Shown one piece after another: positions 60,401-64,000 of a stretch of 64,000 nucleotides of DNA. Position 1 is the first letter of the stretch; each line of letters opens with the position of its first letter. Position numbers and translations under genes: made by a program. The notes beneath the pieces are model-generated. The model worked only from the letters and a program-made list of their open reading frames with translations, was not told the origin of the DNA and ran no database searches. This DNA is from Cyanophora paradoxa CCMP329 (Eukaryota; Plantae; Glaucophyta): the NCBI GenBank assembly GCA_004431415.1, contig QPMI01000533.1:1-64000 (forward strand), read 5' to 3'.

Positions 60401-62920
60401 TTCGTCTTCTCGCTCGCTCGCCCGCGCAGGAGGAGAACCTGAACGTCTTCGTTGAGCCGGCGGTCGCACGCGAGCTCTCGCACCTCACCCCCTACGCCCA
60501 GTGTGCGTGTAGCCCCCTCCCCTCCTCCCTCCCACCCCTTCTCCCACCCACCACCCCATCCCCGATCCCCCTCCCCCGATCCCCCCCCCCCCCCCCCCCC
60601 CCCCTCCCACCCCGCCCATCCCCCTTCCTCCTCCGACGCCCCCCGCAGCGCAGGAGAAGGAGCTGGACGGGATGATCGACTTCGTCGTGTGCCTCGGCGG
60701 CGACGGCCTCATCCTCCACGTCTCCCAGGTGCGCCCCGCCCTAGATACCCTATTCCATAGGCCGTTCCTCCCATAGCATAGGCCTCATCCTCCACGTCTC
60801 CCAGGTGATCGAATCCCAATCTAGGCCCAGCACAGCGCAGCGCAGCGATCGATCCTCTGCCCGCCCGCCCCCGTCTCCCCGCCCGCCCCCGACTCGCCCT
60901 GACTCGCCCCCGCCCCCGCCCGCCCGGCAGCTGTTCAAGAACGCGGTGCCGCCGGTGCTCTCCTTCGCCCTCGGCTCCCTCGGCTTCCTCACCATGTTCG
61001 GTGCGTCTGGAGGGGGTTGGATTGGAGGGGGGTTTGGAGGGAGGGGCTTTGCCGCTGGGGCGTCTGGAGGGGGGACGCATAGAGTCCACAATCGCCCGCC
61101 CGCCCGAGGATTGAATTGGATTGGAGGGGGCGGTGGGAGGCCGGGGCGGAGGGGGGCTTGGAGAGGGGAGGCTTGGACGCGGGGGCGGGGCCCGGGAAGC
61201 TTCGCCTGCTTGCTCGCTAAGGGATAAGAAGGCCCATGAGAGCGTTCGGCCCCCTCTCAAAGCTTCCCGAGGCAGAGCCCGCCGGGCTCTGCCCGGCTCC
61301 GCCCGCGCCTGACAGGCGCGCCCGCGCCCAGCCGCGTCTGCCGCGGTCTGATCCTTTAATACAAGACCTTTTAATACGTCTGCCGCGCCGTTTATACCTC
61401 TAATCCAAGACCTTTCACATCAAGCGTATGCATTAACGCGGCCCGCGCGCCCCGCGCGCGCGCAGACATCAAGGACTACAAGGAGCGGATCCGGCAGGTC
61501 ATCGAGGGCGACTTCGGCCTCTCCCTCCGCATGCGCCTCTTCTGCCAGGTCCGCCCGCCCTCCCTCCCCTCCTCGCCCCAGATCCAAATGGCCTCGTGCA
61601 TAGAACCCGCTGCCCCTCGCCCCTCCCCACTTCGCTTTCCTTCCCCCAGTCTCTTACCGCTCGCTTTCTCGGCCGCAGCTGTACCGCGACGGGCAGCCCG
61701 TCCCCGGGAAGAATATCCTTCAGCCCGCTTGCCCCCGCCCCCTCCTCCTTCTCCGCTCTATGTACCCCCTCCTTGACCCTCCTCCGCACCCTTCAGCGCG
61801 CTGAACGAGGTGGTGATCGACCGCGGCTCGTCGCCCTTCCTCTGCAACCTCCTCACCTTCGTGGACGGCCAGTTCGTCACCACCGTCCAGGCCGACGGGT
61901 GCGCCGAGGGCGCTCAGATCAGATCAGATCAGATCCAGCGTCTTCTCTTCGGCTAGCTTCTTTTTTAGGAACTCTTCCTGTGGAAACCTTCTATGCGCGG
62001 CTCTTTCTATAGAAACGTCCCTGGCCTAGCCGAGGCGCTAGAGCTTGAGCTAGCCTCACTTTATGGCGAGCTTGACTTGGAGGGCAGCTTGACTTAGAGG
62101 GCAGCGCGCCATCGCTAGAGCCTGCCCCTGGGCTAGCCGTCGCACTCTCTCTCTCTCTCTCTCTCCGCGCTCCCCGTCTCCGCCGCGCCTCGCCCGCTGA
62201 CCTCGCCCCCGCCAGCTTGATCCTGGCCACGCCCACCGGCTCCACGGCCTACTCCATGTCGGCCGGCGGCGCCATGCTCCACCCCAGGTACCTCCGTACC
62301 CCTAGGGGAGGGTACGGCGTTGTTTGACGGGCGTGCGTGCGCACCCCCCGCAGCGTCCCCGCGATCCTCTTCACCCCGCTGTGCCCCCACTCGCTCTCCT
62401 TCCGCCCCGCCGTCTTCCCCGACTCGGCCGTCATCGAAATCCGGGTACCCCCCTCCCGCGAACCCGGTTTCGCGTACCCCGGCCGACAGGGGGACGCCCC
62501 TCCCGCAGGTCCCGGAGGGCAGCCGCGCGCTCGCGTGGGCGTCCTTCGACGGGAAGCAGCGCACGAAGCTTAACCGGGGGGAGTCCATCGTCGTCCGGAT
62601 GTACGAGTACCCCATCCCGAGTTCGCGAATCCCGTACCCCCCACCTCCACAATTTCGAGTACCCTGACGGACCCCGTGCCGGCGCGCGCAGCGGTGAACA
62701 AGACGGACAACACGAGCGACTGGTTCGACTCGCTGGCTCGCTGCCTCAACTGGAACGAGCGCGTGGGGCAGAAGCCGCTCTCGGGCATCGCCAACGCGGG
62801 CCCCCCGCAGCCCTCCATCAAGCCCGGGGTACGCTGCGCTTCGTTCGCGCTCCTTCGAGGGGTACTGACGGCCTTCTTCGTTCGCAGGGCCTCCCCGCGG
62901 CGGCCGCCGCCGAGAAGTGA
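57478..62920 (+). CDS. NADK: Plastid-targeted fusion: degenerate adenylate kinase domain plus NADK2-type NAD kinase, about 23 exons
   Basis: Leader [10 protein letters not shown]..; AK motifs [33 protein letters not shown]; NADK motifs [61 protein letters not shown]; in-frame linker across intron 58959-59223. Confidence 0.9.
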
Positions 62921-63514
62921 ACGGAGCCGGCGCTAGCTTGCGGCGCTCCTTCTAGGAGTCTTTCCGCCTATGCATAATGTGTAAAACGGTTTCCTGGGGT
63001 TGGGGTCCTTGTTTCCTTATCATGATCATGATCAGACCACTAGATTGTTACAGGCAGATCAGTGTTTGTTTGCCGACCGAGTACATACACCAGATGTCCG
63101 CATCCTGCAGGTCGCCGCCGCATGCTCCGGGCGCGGGGCCGGCCCCCGGGCCCAACTGGTGGCTGAACTGGGCACACTGTGACTTAAAGCCCGGCCCGGC
63201 ACATCCAGAGCGAGCCTCGGAGATTGAAAGGTGAAGAGCGCGTTTCTACGCGATGCAAATTAATTAAAGACAACGCGAAGAAGACAGAATGCAGTAAAAT
63301 CAGAAACTCATGAAAAAAGTAGCCTACATGCTACACTGTCCGGGGCCAGGCCAGGCAGGGAGGGGGTCCGCGCTGTCCCCCAACACGGGGAGTGCGGGAC
63401 GCTCCCACATCGGGCATCAAAAACGGCCGCTCAAATCCATCCGCGCGCCGAAAGCACGCGCAAGCAAAGCCAAACGCTACAGTATGTGGTGTGCCTGCGA
63501 CTCGAAGGGAAAGC

Positions 63515-64000
63515 TCATTGCCAGAAGCGGGTGAAGAGGTCGAGGGCCGCTAAGGACGGTGATGCGGTGCGCATACAGATCGCCGTCGACCGCCACTCGT
63601 ACGCCCGGGACACGCCCGTGAAGAAGCAGAGCCAGGCGGGGACCGAGATGGTGTGGAAGAGCTGGTGCGAGTGCAGCCAGATGTCGAACTTGCCGGGCCA
63701 GAAGCGCTCCGGGAACCGCATCGCGAAGAGCGCCGTGCCGGTCGCGTACAGCAGCGCCGAGTAGAGGTACCACGGGAGCGCGCGCGTCGTCTCCTCGTGG
63801 CTGAACCCGTACGCGACGATCTTGTGGAAGTAAGGGGCCGCAAAGGCCGAGCCCAGCGTCAGGAAGACCGTCGCGCGGATCCACCGGTACTCGGGCCGGT
63901 CGAAGCGGTCGCAGCTGCAGGCGGCGAGGATGCCCAGCGCCGCGCCCAGGTACAGCAGGGTGTAGAACAGCCGCAGGTTCTCGTCGCAGTAGAACTCATA
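63515..64000 (-). CDS. PAQR / adiponectin receptor-like (haemolysin III family) membrane protein, 3' part only
   Basis: RFPERFWPGKFDIWLHSHQLFH motif preceded by hydrophobic helices; runs off the window end. Confidence 0.88.
   Translation of the reverse strand, partial: YEFYCDENLRLFYTLLYLGAALGILAACSCDRFDRPEYRWIRATVFLTLGSAFAAPYFHKIVAYGFSHEETTRALPWYLYSALLYATGTALFAMRFPERFWPGKFDIWLHSHQLFHTISVPAWLCFFTGVSRAYEWRSTAICMRTASPSLAALDLFTRFWQ

Noticed and set aside
52741-62920. Four-gene metabolic cluster (GRHPR, MOCS2A, EEP, NADK)
   Set aside because: No single established pathway links all four; adjacency is explained by gene density.

Overview
GC-rich, intron-dense eukaryotic nuclear DNA with short introns and frequent GC-AG donors. 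Two proteins begin with Phe-containing plastid transit-peptide-like leaders and no signal peptide (MAAF.., MFF..), which suggests an alga with a primary plastid (glaucophyte-like; inference). The ORF track is mostly spurious, so genes were rebuilt by hand across introns and exon limits are approximate. The window holds about 17 genes or gene fragments, many in tight head-to-head pairs: a coiled-coil protein, a multi-TM protein, Clu/TPR, F-box/LRR, secreted Kelch-EGF, a secreted two-repeat orphan, GRHPR, MOCS2A, an EEP-family phosphatase, an adenylate kinase-NAD kinase fusion and a PAQR. It also has a near-identical 5.3 kb tandem duplication that creates an in-frame chimeric gene, a 3.6 kb non-autonomous LTR element with an extra inverted LTR and a 4-bp TSD, and three adjacent tandem arrays. 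Best leads: (1) a plastid NADK2-type NAD kinase fused to an apparently inactive adenylate kinase domain, 125 bp head-to-head with a plastid-targeted EEP phosphatase; (2) an LTR element apparently integrated through two identical LTR ends.
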